Assembly: GCA_965277805.1 (NCBI GenBank)
Contig: OZ255842.1
Coordinates: forward strand, 4,256,001 to 4,320,000
Length of the DNA: 64,000 nucleotides
Source: Candidatus Lustribacter sp.
GTDB taxonomy: Bacteria; Vulcanimicrobiota; Vulcanimicrobiia; Vulcanimicrobiales; Vulcanimicrobiaceae
Direction of reading: 5' to 3'
The stretch's first letter is position 1; each line of letters opens with the position of its first letter. The notes beneath the pieces are model-generated. The model did not search any database. It saw nothing but the letters and a program-made list of their open reading frames with translations, and had not been told where the DNA came from. Positions 25,268 through 38,900 of the stretch are shown here, piece after piece. A program made the position numbers and the translations under genes.

Positions 25268-26617
25268 TCACTTCCCGATACAGAAGCGGGCGAAAATGCC
25301 GTCGAGGACCGCTTCGGTTGCAACGGCGCCGGTGATCTCGCCGAGCGCGGCGAGCGCGGCCAGCAGTTCGGGCGCGATGAGATCGAGCGCGTCGCCCAGG
25401 TCGAGCGTTTCGCGCGCGCGGGCTAGCGCTTCGCGGGCACGCGACACGGCGCCGGCCTGGCGCGCGGAGGCGAGGTGCGCGCGGGCGAGATCGATGCGTT
25501 CGGTGCCCCAGCCGGCGCGCGCGATCGCGCGGCGCAGCAGATCGAGTGTGGGCTCCGCGAGCACGCTGCCGTGCAGCGCGTCGGCCTCCGGGGCTTCGCG
25601 CGCGTCGTAGCCGGCGCGGCCGAGGTCGCTCTTGTTGAACAGCACCACGCGCGGACGCGTGCGCGTCGCCTCCAGCACCGCGATCGCATCCGCATCGAGA
25701 GGCTGCGCACCGTCGACCACCACTAGCGCCACCGCCGCGCCTTCCAGCGCGCGCCGGGCCCGCTCGATGCCGATCTGCTCGACCGCATCTTCGCTCGCGC
25801 GCATTCCGGCGGTGTCGAGGATGCGCACCGGCACGCCGTCGATGAAGAAGCGCTCCTCGATCACATCGCGCGTCGTGCCCGCCGTCGCCGCCACGATCGC
25901 GCGTTCTTCGCCGAGCAGCGCGTTGAGCAGCGACGACTTGCCCGCGTTGGGCGGGCCCACGATCGCAAGCGACAGGCCCTCGCGCACGAGCCGGCCGCGC
26001 TCCCAGTCCGCAACCAGCGCTGCGAGCGCCGCTTCGCACGCCGCGAGCCGCCCGTCGACGTCCGCGCGGCCGGGCTCGGGCACTTCGTCCGGATAGTCGA
26101 TCGCGCCGGCGAGTTCTTCCAGCACCGTCGCGAGCGGCGCGCTCACCGCGTCGATCGCGGTCCGCAAGCCGCCGGTCAGGTTCGCTTGCGCCGCCCGCGC
26201 GCCGGCCCGCGACTCGGCCTCGATCACGTCGGCAACCGCCTCGGCTGCGCTCAGGTCCAGCTTGCCGTTGAGAAATGCGCGGCGCGTGAATTCGCCCGGT
26301 CCGGCCGCGCGCGCGCCGGCGGCCAAGAGCGCGCGCAGCGTCTCGCGCGCGACCACCGGGCTGCCGTGCACGTGCAGTTCGACGATGTCTTCGCCCGTTA
26401 CGGTGCGTGGCGCGTCCATCGCGAGCGCCAGGCCCCGATCCAGCACGGCGCCGTCGACGTCGAGGATCTCGCCGTAGGTCGCAACGCGGTCGGCGAGCGG
26501 TGCGCGGCTGCGAAAAACGCGCGCCACGATCGTGCGCGCGTCGGGACCGCTACAGCGGACGATCGCGATCGCACCGCGCCCCGGCGGGGTCGCGATCGCC
26601 GCGATCGTCTCAGGCAC
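25268..26617 (-). CDS. mnmE: tRNA modification GTPase MnmE (TrmE)
   Basis: TIAAIATPPG, GEFTRRAFLNGK, GPPNAGKSS, GTTRD, DTAG, NKSD, C-terminal FCIGK. Confidence 0.97.
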   Translation of the reverse strand: MPETIAAIATPPGRGAIAIVRCSGPDARTIVARVFRSRAPLADRVATYGEILDVDGAVLDRGLALAMDAPRTVTGEDIVELHVHGSPVVARETLRALLAAGARAAGPGEFTRRAFLNGKLDLSAAEAVADVIEAESRAGARAAQANLTGGLRTAIDAVSAPLATVLEELAGAIDYPDEVPEPGRADVDGRLAACEAALAALVADWERGRLVREGLSLAIVGPPNAGKSSLLNALLGEERAIVAATAGTTRDVIEERFFIDGVPVRILDTAGMRASEDAVEQIGIERARRALEGAAVALVVVDGAQPLDADAIAVLEATRTRPRVVLFNKSDLGRAGYDAREAPEADALHGSVLAEPTLDLLRRAIARAGWGTERIDLARAHLASARQAGAVSRAREALARARETLDLGDALDLIAPELLAALAALGEITGAVATEAVLDGIFARFCIGK

Positions 26618-26619
26618 TT

Positions 26620-27198
26620 TTACTTCGGAGAAACGACCAGCCGGCGATCGGGGTCGACGCCTTCCGATTCGGTCCGCACGACCGACGATTCCGATAGCGC
26701 GAGATGCACGATCTTGCGTTCGCTCGGCAACATCGGCTCGAGTTTGATCGCCTTGCCTTCGCGAATCACGCGCTCCAGCGTCGCAAGCGCGAGCGTCTTG
26801 AGCTGGTCCGCTTTACGCGCGCGATAGCCTTCGGCATCGATCGTGTAATAGCGCCGGTTGTTGCGCACGCCGGCGTTGAGGATGTTGTTGAAGATCAGGT
26901 TGAGCGCTTCGAGCGTGTTGCCGTTGCGGCCGATGAGATTCGCCAAGCGCGGCCCGCGAATTTCGAAGTACTCGCCTTCCGAACGCGCGATGTAGACGAT
27001 CGACACATCGTCGATGCCCATCTTCCCGAGCAGCTCTTCGAGCAGCGTGCGCGCAGGTTTCGCTTCGGCCGGCTCGACCGATGCCGCGGTCGTCGAACGC
27101 GGCGGCGCCGGCCGGCGATCGAACCGGCCGCCGCCGCCCGAGCGTCCGCGCCCGCGGTCGCCGTAGTCGCGCCGTCCGGAACCGTGATCGTTATCCAT
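26620..27198 (-). CDS. jag: Jag/EloR (KhpB) RNA-binding protein with KH and R3H domains
   Basis: LIGRNGNTLEAL (KH), IDAEGYR, LEPM-ERKIVH (R3H), TESEG-DPDRR; between yidC and mnmE. Confidence 0.88.
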   Translation of the reverse strand: MDNDHGSGRRDYGDRGRGRSGGGGRFDRRPAPPRSTTAASVEPAEAKPARTLLEELLGKMGIDDVSIVYIARSEGEYFEIRGPRLANLIGRNGNTLEALNLIFNNILNAGVRNNRRYYTIDAEGYRARKADQLKTLALATLERVIREGKAIKLEPMLPSERKIVHLALSESSVVRTESEGVDPDRRLVVSPK

Positions 27199-27222
27199 GC
27201 TCAATCCTTCGTCCTAAAAAAT

Positions 27223-28065
27223 TTAGCGTTTGCTGCGGCGCGATGCGCGGCCGCTGGTACTGCCGTTCTTACCGCCGGTGATCGCCGCGCGGTTCGAGGT
27301 TTTACCGTTGGTGAGAGGGGCCGCTTCGACCGTTTCGACGGCGGCTTTTTTCGGGCCGATCAAACCGTAGCGGCGATACATGTAGAACTGTTGCGCCATC
27401 GTCAGCACGTTGAGCATCAGCCAGTAGATCAACAGCGCCGATGCCCAGTGATAGCGCCAGCCGAAGTACGCGATCATCGCCGGCGAAACGATCGCCATGA
27501 TCTTCTGCGTCTGCGCTTGCTGCGGATCGCTCGACGGCGGACTGCCGTAACGCACGCTCAAGTACATCGATACGACGTAAAGCACGAGCAGCACGAAGTC
27601 CATTTCGCCGAGGTTGGCGGCGAGCACGCCGTGCGTGAGCTTGTCGATGCCGTCTTGCATCCACAGGAAGTGCGCGGCTTTGAATTCCGCGAGCTGCGAG
27701 TTGATGGCGTAGAACAATCCGAGCAAAATCGGCAACTGGATCAGCATCGGGAAGCAGCCGGCCAGCGGATTGACGCCGTGTTCTTTGTAGAGCGCCATCG
27801 TCGCGGCTTGCAGCTCTTGCGGCTTGCCCTTGAACTCGGCTTGGATCTTCTTGAGCAGCGGCTGCACTTTCTGCATTTCCGCCATCGACTTGAACTGCTG
27901 TTGCGCGAGCGGGAAGAGCGCGAGGCGCACGACCAGCGCCAGCAGCACCATGTCGAGTCCATACGACGGAACCACCGAGTGGATCGCTTTGAGCACGCCC
28001 AGCATCGCGTCGGTAACCGGCTGGAAAAAATTAAAGGCGAACAAGGGGGACTGGGAGCCTTTCAC
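27223..28065 (-). CDS. yidC: Membrane protein insertase YidC (short form, no large periplasmic domain)
   Basis: VRLALFPL, QPLLKKIQ, LYKEHGVNPLAGCFPMLIQLP, FLW, IYW-N-QQ. Confidence 0.95.
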   Translation of the reverse strand: MKGSQSPLFAFNFFQPVTDAMLGVLKAIHSVVPSYGLDMVLLALVVRLALFPLAQQQFKSMAEMQKVQPLLKKIQAEFKGKPQELQAATMALYKEHGVNPLAGCFPMLIQLPILLGLFYAINSQLAEFKAAHFLWMQDGIDKLTHGVLAANLGEMDFVLLVLYVVSMYLSVRYGSPPSSDPQQAQTQKIMAIVSPAMIAYFGWRYHWASALLIYWLMLNVLTMAQQFYMYRRYGLIGPKKAAVETVEAAPLTNGKTSNRAAITGGKNGSTSGRASRRSKR

Positions 28066-28119
28066 AGGCGGCTCGGCCGAAGGCCGAACGCGAAGGATTC
28101 GCCGACGGCGGATCCACCA

Positions 28120-28329
28120 CTAAGGAACGGGATCGAACCCGCCGGGATGCCAGGGCGCGCATCGAACGATGCGCCGAACCGCCAGAAATACCCCGCGAAA
28201 CGGACCATGTTTCTCGATGGCAGCCGCCGCGTACTCCGAACACGTGGGTACGAAACGGCACGCCGGCGGCAGAATCGGCGAGAGCAAGCGCTTGTATGTA
28301 GTGATGAGGGCGACGAGCAGGCGGGTCAC
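28120..28329 (-). CDS. yidD: Membrane protein insertion efficiency factor YidD
   Basis: [17 protein letters not shown]...[17 protein letters not shown]. Confidence 0.96.
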   Translation of the reverse strand: MTRLLVALITTYKRLLSPILPPACRFVPTCSEYAAAAIEKHGPFRGVFLAVRRIVRCAPWHPGGFDPVP

Positions 28330-28640
28330 CGGAAGAACCGTCCGAGTTCCGCCGCGACGGCCGCGAATTCGGCCTCGCCGGCCCCCGGCCGGGCGATCAG
28401 CACGACGTCGCGGTGCGGGGCCGCGCCGAAGGCCGTCCGGTCGAGAAACGCTTTGACCCGCCGGCGCAGACGATTGCGGACCACCGCATTGCCGATCGCC
28501 TTGGAGACGGTGATGCCGACCCGGGACGGCCCGCGCGTGGCGGCGGTCAGGAAAACGAAAAGGGGCCCAACTTGCCGCTCGCCGCGACGTTGGACCCGCG
28601 CAAAGTCGCTCCGCCGGCGGAGCGATTGGTACCGGCGCAT
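28326..28640 (-). CDS. rnpA: Ribonuclease P protein component
   Basis: [28 protein letters not shown] (RNR motif). Confidence 0.95.
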   Translation of the reverse strand: MRRYQSLRRRSDFARVQRRGERQVGPLFVFLTAATRGPSRVGITVSKAIGNAVVRNRLRRRVKAFLDRTAFGAAPHRDVVLIARPGAGEAEFAAVAAELGRFFR

Positions 28641-28659
28641 CGGGCAGCAGCCCGCGCGC

Positions 28660-28794
28660 TCAGACGGAGAGGCGGTGGCGACCCTTTTTGCGCCGCGCCG
28701 CGAGGACCTTACGGCCGTTCTTGGTGCTCATGCGCTCGAGGAAACCGTGGACGCGCTTGCGTCGGCGGTTGTGCGGCTGAAAGGTCCGCTTCAC
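28660..28794 (-). CDS. rpmH: 50S ribosomal protein L34 (not in the ORF track)
   Basis: Translated by hand: [47 protein letters not shown] start with AGGAG upstream. Confidence 0.97.
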   Translation of the reverse strand: MKRTFQPHNRRRKRVHGFLERMSTKNGRKVLAARRKKGRHRLSV

Positions 28795-28836
28795 GGTACT
28801 GGTGCTCCTAACGAATGGGTAAACTTAAAGCACCGT

Positions 28837-28866
28837 ATTGTATCGGGCCCAGGCCCGCTACGTCAA
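28837..28866 (-). promoter_or_regulatory. Sigma70 promoter of the rpmH operon
   Basis: Minus strand TTGACG, 18-bp spacer, TACAAT. Confidence 0.7.
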
Positions 28867-28898
28867 GGGTAAAATGGGGATTGCGAATAGTTCTTAAG

Positions 28899-29067
28899 TT
28901 GTCCACAGCTGTGGACAGGGCTGTGGACAAGCCCCAGGAGGAACGCGTCCCGAACCCTTGTTCCACGGGGGTTCCTGCCGCATAAATGGGATCCCGGAAA
29001 GTTGCGGAGAACCCCGAAAAGTCCCCGCTTTATCGAGAGATTAAGCCCGCTTACGGCCTGTGGATAA
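28899..29067. promoter_or_regulatory. DnaA-box cluster upstream of dnaA (oriC, upstream part)
   Basis: TTGTCCACA 28899-28907; reverse boxes at 28910-28918 and 28922-28930; perfect reverse TTATCCACA at 29059-29067. Confidence 0.8.
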
Positions 29068-29184
29068 GTGCAGAAAACGGGGGATGAAAAACCGCAGGAA
29101 GGCGTCCTCGCCTTGCCAATCCGTCAGCCTCATCTCTCCGGTCCATGGACGGGCCGGCCGGTATCTTTTTGGCAGGTTTTTTGG

Positions 29185-30543
29185 ATGCACACTTCCCTCG
29201 CGGATGCCCAAACCTCGGATCTCTGGGCGGCGGCGCTGGAGCTACTTGAACCGCGCTACAACAAGCCGGTATTCGAAATGTGGCTCAAGCCGATGCGCCT
29301 GGTCGAGCTCACCCCGAACGAGATCGTTCTCGCCGTAAATACGACTTTTGCGCGCGATTGGGTTGAGAACCGGCTCAAGAACGACATCACGAGCGTCCTC
29401 CACGATATTCTCGGGGCGGAGATCGCGCTGCGGGTGGTCGTCGATGCCGGCCCGGGCACGGAAAGCGTCCCGACCGCGGTCCCGGCCAAGCCGGCGGCCC
29501 TCGTCGACGAGCTGCGCGCGGGGAACCTCAACCCGCGCTATACCTTCGATGATTTCGTCGTCGGAAATTCCAACCGGTTCGCTCACGCCGCCTCGCAGGC
29601 GGTGGCTGAAGCGCCGGCTATGGCCTACAACCCGCTCTTTCTCTACGGCGGCGTCGGTTTGGGCAAGACCCATCTCATGCACGCCATCGGCCATCGCGTG
29701 CTGGCGCGCAATCCCAACGCCAACATCGTGTACGTGTCGAGCGAAAAATTCACCAACGAATTCATCATCGCGATCAAAAACAACCAGACAGTCGAATTTC
29801 GCAACCGCTACCGGCACGTCGACGTGCTGCTGATCGACGATATCCAATTCCTCGAGGGTAAAGAACAAACCCAAGAGGAGTTCTTTCACACGTTTAACTC
29901 GCTGCACGAAGCGCAAAAGCAGCTGGTAATTTCGAGCGATCGGCCGCCGAAAGAAATTCAAACCCTGGAATCGCGTTTGCGCTCGCGGTTCGAGTGGGGA
30001 CTGCTCACCGACATCCAGCCGCCCGACTTCGAAACGCGCGAAGCGATTTTGCGCAAAAAAGCCGAGACCGAAAGCGTTGCGGTGCCGGACGACGTGCTGG
30101 CCTTCATCGCGAAAGTCATTCCCTCGAACATCCGCGAACTCGAAGGCTCGCTCATTCGCGTCGTCGCGTATGCCAGCCTGACGAAGGCAACGCTGACGGT
30201 CGAACTGGCCGGCGAGGTTTTGAAGAATGCCGTCGCGGCCGCGCCGATGCATCGCGTGACCATTCCGCTCATCAAAGACAAGGTCTCGAAGTTCTTCGGC
30301 ATCTCGATCAAGGAGATGGAAGCGCAACGGCGCGATCAGCGCGTGACGATGCCGCGCCAAGTCGCGATGTACATCGCCTGGCAACTCACCGGCGCGTCGC
30401 TGCCGCAGATCGCGCGTGAGTTCGGTAAGAAAGACCACACGACCGCGATGTACGCGCGCGACAAGATCGCCGATCTCATGGACTCCGATGAAGCCTTCCG
30501 CAACCGAGTACGCACCCTCATCGCCCAAGTCCAGTCGGACTAG
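29185..30543 (+). CDS. dnaA: Chromosomal replication initiator DnaA
   Basis: LNPRYTFDDFVVG, YNPLFLYGGVGLGKTHL, LLIDDIQF, RLRSRF, NIRELEG, KDHTT; ATG 29185. Confidence 0.98.
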   Translation: MHTSLADAQTSDLWAAALELLEPRYNKPVFEMWLKPMRLVELTPNEIVLAVNTTFARDWVENRLKNDITSVLHDILGAEIALRVVVDAGPGTESVPTAVPAKPAALVDELRAGNLNPRYTFDDFVVGNSNRFAHAASQAVAEAPAMAYNPLFLYGGVGLGKTHLMHAIGHRVLARNPNANIVYVSSEKFTNEFIIAIKNNQTVEFRNRYRHVDVLLIDDIQFLEGKEQTQEEFFHTFNSLHEAQKQLVISSDRPPKEIQTLESRLRSRFEWGLLTDIQPPDFETREAILRKKAETESVAVPDDVLAFIAKVIPSNIRELEGSLIRVVAYASLTKATLTVELAGEVLKNAVAAAPMHRVTIPLIKDKVSKFFGISIKEMEAQRRDQRVTMPRQVAMYIAWQLTGASLPQIAREFGKKDHTTAMYARDKIADLMDSDEAFRNRVRTLIAQVQSD

Positions 30544-30575
30544 CCTTGCGACGAACCCAACCCGTAGTGAACGAA

Positions 30576-30608
30576 GCCCGGAGAAGCACTGCTCTCCGGG
30601 CCTTTTCT
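30576..30608 (+). terminator. Putative intrinsic terminator after dnaA
   Basis: GCCCGGAGA-N8-TCTCCGGGC followed by CTTTTCT. Confidence 0.55.
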
Positions 30609-30659
30609 ATCGCCACGGCGAAGCGCAGCCGCAGGCGAGCACCGCGACGGCTTCGCCTG

Positions 30660-30862
30660 TGGGCGAAGCCTCCACAGGCGATTGTACACGGGGTGGATAA
30701 TGCGAAATCGCGCGGTGAGTGGGGAGTCCGGGGATAGATGACCGTCTCCGTACACACCCCGAAAAACGCGTTGACGCAGCAGCCACGGGTGTTTTCCCGA
30801 TCTATGCACGCCGTGCACGTGCCTACTGATACGACGGTTATCTTCTATACTTATATACAAAC
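30660..30862. other. Probable oriC unwinding region (degenerate DnaA boxes, DnaA-trio-like run, AT-rich tract)
   Basis: Noncoding dnaA-dnaN gap; reverse TTATCCACC at 30692-30700; tandem weak boxes 30802-30819; CTACTGATACGA from 30823; TTATCTTCTATACTTATATACAAA. Confidence 0.6.
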
Positions 30863-30892
30863 GCGACGACGTCGCGGCGGAGCGGTGGACGA

Positions 30893-32008
30893 GTGAAGTT
30901 TACGTGCAGTACGAAAGACATCGCTTCGGCGGTTGGAGCCGCGAGTAAGATCGTCAACGCGCACACGACGGTCCCGATTCTCTCGAACGTGCTGCTGACG
31001 GCCGACGAGGGCGGGATCAAAGTGCGCGCGACCGATCTCGAGCTGACGTTGGAACAATCGTTCCCGGCCGAGATCTCCGAACACGGCGCGGTCACCGTCC
31101 CGGCGAAGCTGTTCTCCGGCTATCTCGGCAACTTGCCCGCCGGCTTGCTCGAACTCACGGGCTCGCCGACCCGCGCCTCGATCAAGGCCGAACGCTCGAA
31201 CTACGATTTTCTCGCGCTCCCGCCGGATGAATATCCGCCGCTGCCGAGCGCGCAAAAAGGCGCCTCGTTCGGGATCGCCGCAAAGAAATTTCGCGACGGC
31301 GTCAATTCGACGATCTTCGCCGCCTCGAGCGAAGAAGCGCGCGGCGCGGTGCTCATGGGCACGCTGCTCGAACTCGAAGGCTCGTCGATTACGCTCGTCG
31401 CGACCGACGGATACCGGCTGGCGAAGTGGACCGGCACGCTCGACCGCCCGTTCGAAGGCTCGGCCAAATACATCGTGCCGTCGCGCGCCCTGGCCGAAGC
31501 GGCGCGCAATCTCGGTTCGGCGGAAATGCTCGAAGCAACGGCGCTCGGTGCGCAGGCCAACCAGCTCATGTTCACGGCCGGAACCACCTCCATCGTGGTG
31601 CGTCTCGTCGACGGGCAGTACCCCAATTACGGACAGGTAATTCCGGCGAAATTCGACCGGTCGGTCACCGTGAACACCAGCGGCCTTATCGGCGGATTGC
31701 GCCGGGCCGAACTCGTGGCCGGCGATCGCGCCTCGATGGTCAAGCTGGAAGTTGCCAACAACACGCTGATGATCACCGCCAAGTCCGACGTGACCGGCAA
31801 CGCCTACGAAGAACTCGAAGTCGAACAGACGGGCGACGACCTGACGATCGCCTTCAACGCGCGCTATCTGGTCGAGATTCTCAACCACGTCGATTCGCCG
31901 CAGACCGTGCTCGAGTTTCTCGGGCCGTTGTCGCCGGCGGCGATTCGCCCGCTCGAAGCGAACGATCTGGGCACGCAGCTCTTCGTGTTGATGCCGCTGC
32001 GCCAGTAG
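30893..32008 (+). CDS. dnaN: DNA polymerase III beta clamp
   Basis: PILSNVLL, ATDLE, VATDGYRLA, RLVDGQYPNY, IAFNARYL, VLMPLR. Confidence 0.97.
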   Translation: MKFTCSTKDIASAVGAASKIVNAHTTVPILSNVLLTADEGGIKVRATDLELTLEQSFPAEISEHGAVTVPAKLFSGYLGNLPAGLLELTGSPTRASIKAERSNYDFLALPPDEYPPLPSAQKGASFGIAAKKFRDGVNSTIFAASSEEARGAVLMGTLLELEGSSITLVATDGYRLAKWTGTLDRPFEGSAKYIVPSRALAEAARNLGSAEMLEATALGAQANQLMFTAGTTSIVVRLVDGQYPNYGQVIPAKFDRSVTVNTSGLIGGLRRAELVAGDRASMVKLEVANNTLMITAKSDVTGNAYEELEVEQTGDDLTIAFNARYLVEILNHVDSPQTVLEFLGPLSPAAIRPLEANDLGTQLFVLMPLRQ

Positions 32009-32013
32009 GCGGT

Positions 32014-33098
32014 TTGCTTCTCACCGCGCTGCGGCTGGCCGACTTTCGCAATTACGCGGCGCTGGATTTCACGCCCGCGCCGGGACTGAACGTCTTCATC
32101 GGTCCGAACGCGCAGGGCAAGAGCAACCTGCTCGAAGCGATCGCGATGCTCGCCACCGGCAAATCGTTTCGCGCGCGGCGCGAGGTCGAACTGATCCGCG
32201 AGGGCACGCCGCTGGCGGAAATCGCCGGTGAGGCGCGCATTCCGGCCGGCGCGATCTTTCTCCACGCCTCGATCGTTCGCAGCGGCAGCGGCGCGCGCAA
32301 GTCGTTCGACGTCAACGGCTCGCCGGTCGGGTTCGCCGGATTTCTCGGCCGCGCGCGGGTCGTCACGTTCGTTCCGGCCGACCTGCACCTCGTTGCGGGC
32401 GGACCCGCGCTACGGCGCACGTTTCTCAACGGTGCGCTGGCGCAGCTATCGCCCGTGTATTACCGCAATCTCGCGCGCTACGGCAAGATCGTGCAGCAGA
32501 AGGCGGCGTTGCTGCGCGGCGCGATCGCGCCCGACCGCGCGCTCTTGCTCGCGTACAACGACGAACTGCTGGAGCCGGGTGCCGCGCTGATGAGCGCGCG
32601 CGCCGCGTTCGTCGCGGAGATTGCCGCGGCTGCGGAGGGCGTGTACGGACGCTGGCCCGGCACGCACGAACGCGTCGAAATCGGTTACGCGCCCAACGTT
32701 GCGATGAACGATGCCGATCCGCGCGATGCGCTTGCGGCGGCTCTGGCCGCCGGCATCGAAGGTGAGCTGCGCCGCAAGACGACGCTGGTCGGGCCGCACC
32801 GCGACGACCTGCGGTTGACGATCGACGGCAAGGCGCTGGACGCGTTCGGTTCGCAAGGTCAGCAGCGAACGGCGGTACTTGCGCTCAAGGTTGCCGAATA
32901 CGAAACGATGCGCGCGCGTGCCGGCGATGCCCCGATCCTGTTGCTCGACGACGTGCTCTCCGAGCTCGATGCCGAGCGCGCCGGCGGATTTCTCGCCGCG
33001 GTCGGCTCGTTCGAACAGGCCTTTCTCACGACGACGGAACTGCCCGAACGGTTCAGCGACGCCGCGCGCTTTCGTATCGCCGCCGCAACGGTGACGGC

Positions 33099-33105
<7 letters not shown>
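32014..33105 (+). CDS. recF: DNA replication/repair protein RecF
   Basis: FRNY, GPNAQGKSNLLEAI, GPHRDDL, GSQGQQRT, LLLDDVLSELD; TTG start 32014 within ORF 31426..33105. Confidence 0.96.
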
Positions 33106-35880
<2,775 letters not shown>

Positions 35881-35947
35881 GCCGCCCTCATCAAGTCGTA
35901 ACGATCCGGCAGGGGAGCGACGCGGGTGAAGGCCCAAACGCCACACG

Positions 35948-38900
35948 TTGAGTGAGCGCCTGAAGGTTCTGCGCGGCCGCTGGGGCGGGGCGATCGCGAT
36001 TGCCGCGGTGCTCGTTCTCGTGGCGGCGTTCGCGCATCACGCGCTCGCGAAGTTCGCCGTCTCGCGCGGCATCGGCGCCGCGCTCGGTTACGACGTGCGC
36101 TTCGGCGACATGTCGCTTGGCTGGTCGCATGCCACGCTGACCGACGTGCACGTGCGCAAAAACGGCGATCCCGTTTTCGACGCCGGCCGCGTCGACATCG
36201 ACTATGCCTTGCGCGACATCTTTCCGGGCGGCAAGCACCGCTACGGCTTTGCCGGCCTCTCGGTGGACGATCCGACGCTCACGCTCGTGCGGCACGCCGA
36301 CGGCTCGTACAACTTCAACCGCGGCGGCTCGTCATCGTCGCCGCCCCAATCGACTCAGGCCGCGGCCGAACCGCTGCTGTTCAGCGCGCGCGTGCGCGAC
36401 GGGACCCTGCGCATCATCGATCAGGCTCCGCTCGAACCGGACCTCGCGGAACAGACGATCGCGAACGTCTCGATCGATGCGTCGGTTCAATCGAACGCGC
36501 GCACCGTGGCGCGGGTCGACGGCGTGCTGATCGGCCGGCGCACGCAAGCCGCACCGATCGAACGCTGGCCGCTCAGCGTGCGCTCGGTCATCGACTACAA
36601 CCGCGGCTTTGCACTGCACCGTTTCCGCGCGCCGGAGTTGCCGCTGCGCGGGCTTTTGAACTTTCTGGTGCACGCGAAAATCGCGCGGTTCGACGACGGC
36701 GTCATGCGCAACGTCGACGTGCGTGCGTACGCGCTCAACATCGATGCCGGCAAACCGTTCGGGTACGCGCTCGGCGGCGGCGGGACGCTCGAGGGCGCGC
36801 AGATCACGCTCGGACCGCTGGCCAAACCCGTGCGCGATCTGCACGGGCAAATCGATCTGTTCGATGACGGCGTGACGTCTTCGGATTTGCGCGGTACGGT
36901 GGCAGGCGTTCCGCTGCGAATTCGCGGCGGCATGTACGACTTCGCCGACGTGCACTTCCAACTCGGTATCTCGGCCGATCCGGAATTGACGCAGCTGCGC
37001 ACGCTCTTCGCGTTCTTGCGCGATCAGCCGGTGCGCGGGCCGATGCACATCGAAACGATGGTCACGGCAACGGCGGCGCAACCGCTGATCCGCACGGTCG
37101 TCGCATCGCCGCGCGTGTACTACGATACGATCCCGCTCGACCGGGCCGGCGGCACGGTGGACTACGAAGCGGGCGTCGTTTCGTTTTCCGGATTTCACAC
37201 CGGCTTCGGCGCGCTGCAGAGCACGCTCGGCGGTCAGGTGAACGTCAACTTGCCGATCGCGGAACTCGAAGGCGCCGTGCACGTCGAGGGGCCGGCATCA
37301 TCGCTGCCGTACGCGCAGGCGATCGCCGCCGGCGAAACGATTCGCGGCGACGCGATCATCGGGGGGAACGGCGTGCACGGTTTTCGCGCACGCGGCACGA
37401 TCGACTCCGACGGCGCGCACGGCAGCGGCCAAGGCTTTCTCGACGTCGACGAACACGGCAGCGGCGAGTTCGGTCCGTTTCTGTTCACGCGCGACGACGG
37501 CTCGCTGCTGGCCGGCGCGTTTCGTCTCGAGCGGCCGATTTCGGCCAGTGCGGGCTGGGCCGTCGTGCAACACTATCGCTTCGCCGTGCCCGAGCACAAC
37601 GCGGTGCTGCCCGGCGTCAAGATGGTCGGCTTTCCGCTCATCGGCGGCATCGTCGATGCCCAGATCGTGGCCGGCGGTCCGCCGAGCGGCTTTGCCGTTG
37701 CCGGTCACGTGCGCATGCGCGACGCGCGCTTCGAACACTATCCGTTAGGCGATCTCGCCGCCGATCTCGGCGGCACGTTCGACGACATGCGTTTGCGCGA
37801 CATCACGCTGGCCGGCCCGCGCGGAAGATTTCGCGGCGACGGCGCCGTTGCACGCGGCGTGTTCGGCGTCCGCGGCACCTACGACGGATCGCTGGCGGAT
37901 CTGCGGGCGTTCACCGGCGACATCGGCGCGCGCGGCGACGTGCATGCGCCGGTGGCCGCACTCGTCGACGATCGCGGCGTCACCGTGCAGACGAGCGGTG
38001 CGGTGCTGACCGGCGGCAGCATCCACGGCGTTGCGCTGGGCGCCGCGTCGGGCACGATGCTGATCGCCGGCACGTCCGTGCGCATCATCACCGGTTCCGC
38101 GACGCTCGACGGCGCACACGCGGTCGCGGCGGCGCGCAACGGTGAAACCGCGATCTCGATGGTCGGCGTTCCGGCGGCGGCGTTCGCCGGATCAGGACTT
38201 CCGCTCGACGCCGGCCGCGTGTCGGTGTTCGGTCTGGGCAACCTCGACCGGCCGGATTTTCACGGTAGCATCGATCTCGATCGCGGCCGGGCGATGGGGT
38301 TTCCGGTCGGCGGCTGGGTCGACATCGCGCTGACCGGACGCAGTCTGAGCATCCGCGACGGCATCGCGGCACTGGGCGACACGTACGGCCGCCTCGGCGG
38401 CCGGCTCGACGACATCGGCGGCGCGAAGTTCCGCTACGATCTCGATGCCGGGGTTCGGCTCGGCGACGTGGGCGGTCTCATCCGCGACCTGCACTTGCCC
38501 TTGCGGTATGCCGAGGGCAGCTTTGCGGGCCAGGTCCGGATCAACGGCGATGCGGCGGGGACGGCCGTGTCCGGCACGGTGAGCGCACCGGAGGGATCGT
38601 ATAACGGCCTGGCGTTCCGCGACGCCGGGGGCCGGCTTTCCGTCGACCCGGGCTCGGCGATCCGAGTTGACGACGGGCGGGTGACGATCGGCAGCACTCA
38701 GGCCACGTTCCAGGCCGCCGTCGGTGCGGGCGCGCTCAGCGTGTCCGCGCAAAGCGCAGCGGCCGACCTAGCCGACTTCGACGACTACTTCGATCAGAGC
38801 GGGACGTTGAGTGGAACGGGCGCGCTGAGCTTCAGCTTCAGGAACGACGGCCGGCACACGTCGAGCAGCGGGCAGATCGCGCTGGCCGGCACGCGCGTCC

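Noticed and set aside
27191-27199. TTATCCATG as a DnaA box
   Set aside because: 7/9 match inside jag coding sequence, isolated from the cluster.
26704-28872. 722-aa plus-strand ORF
   Set aside because: Antisense shadow of jag, yidC, yidD, rnpA and rpmH; Arg-rich, no motifs, expected in high-GC DNA.
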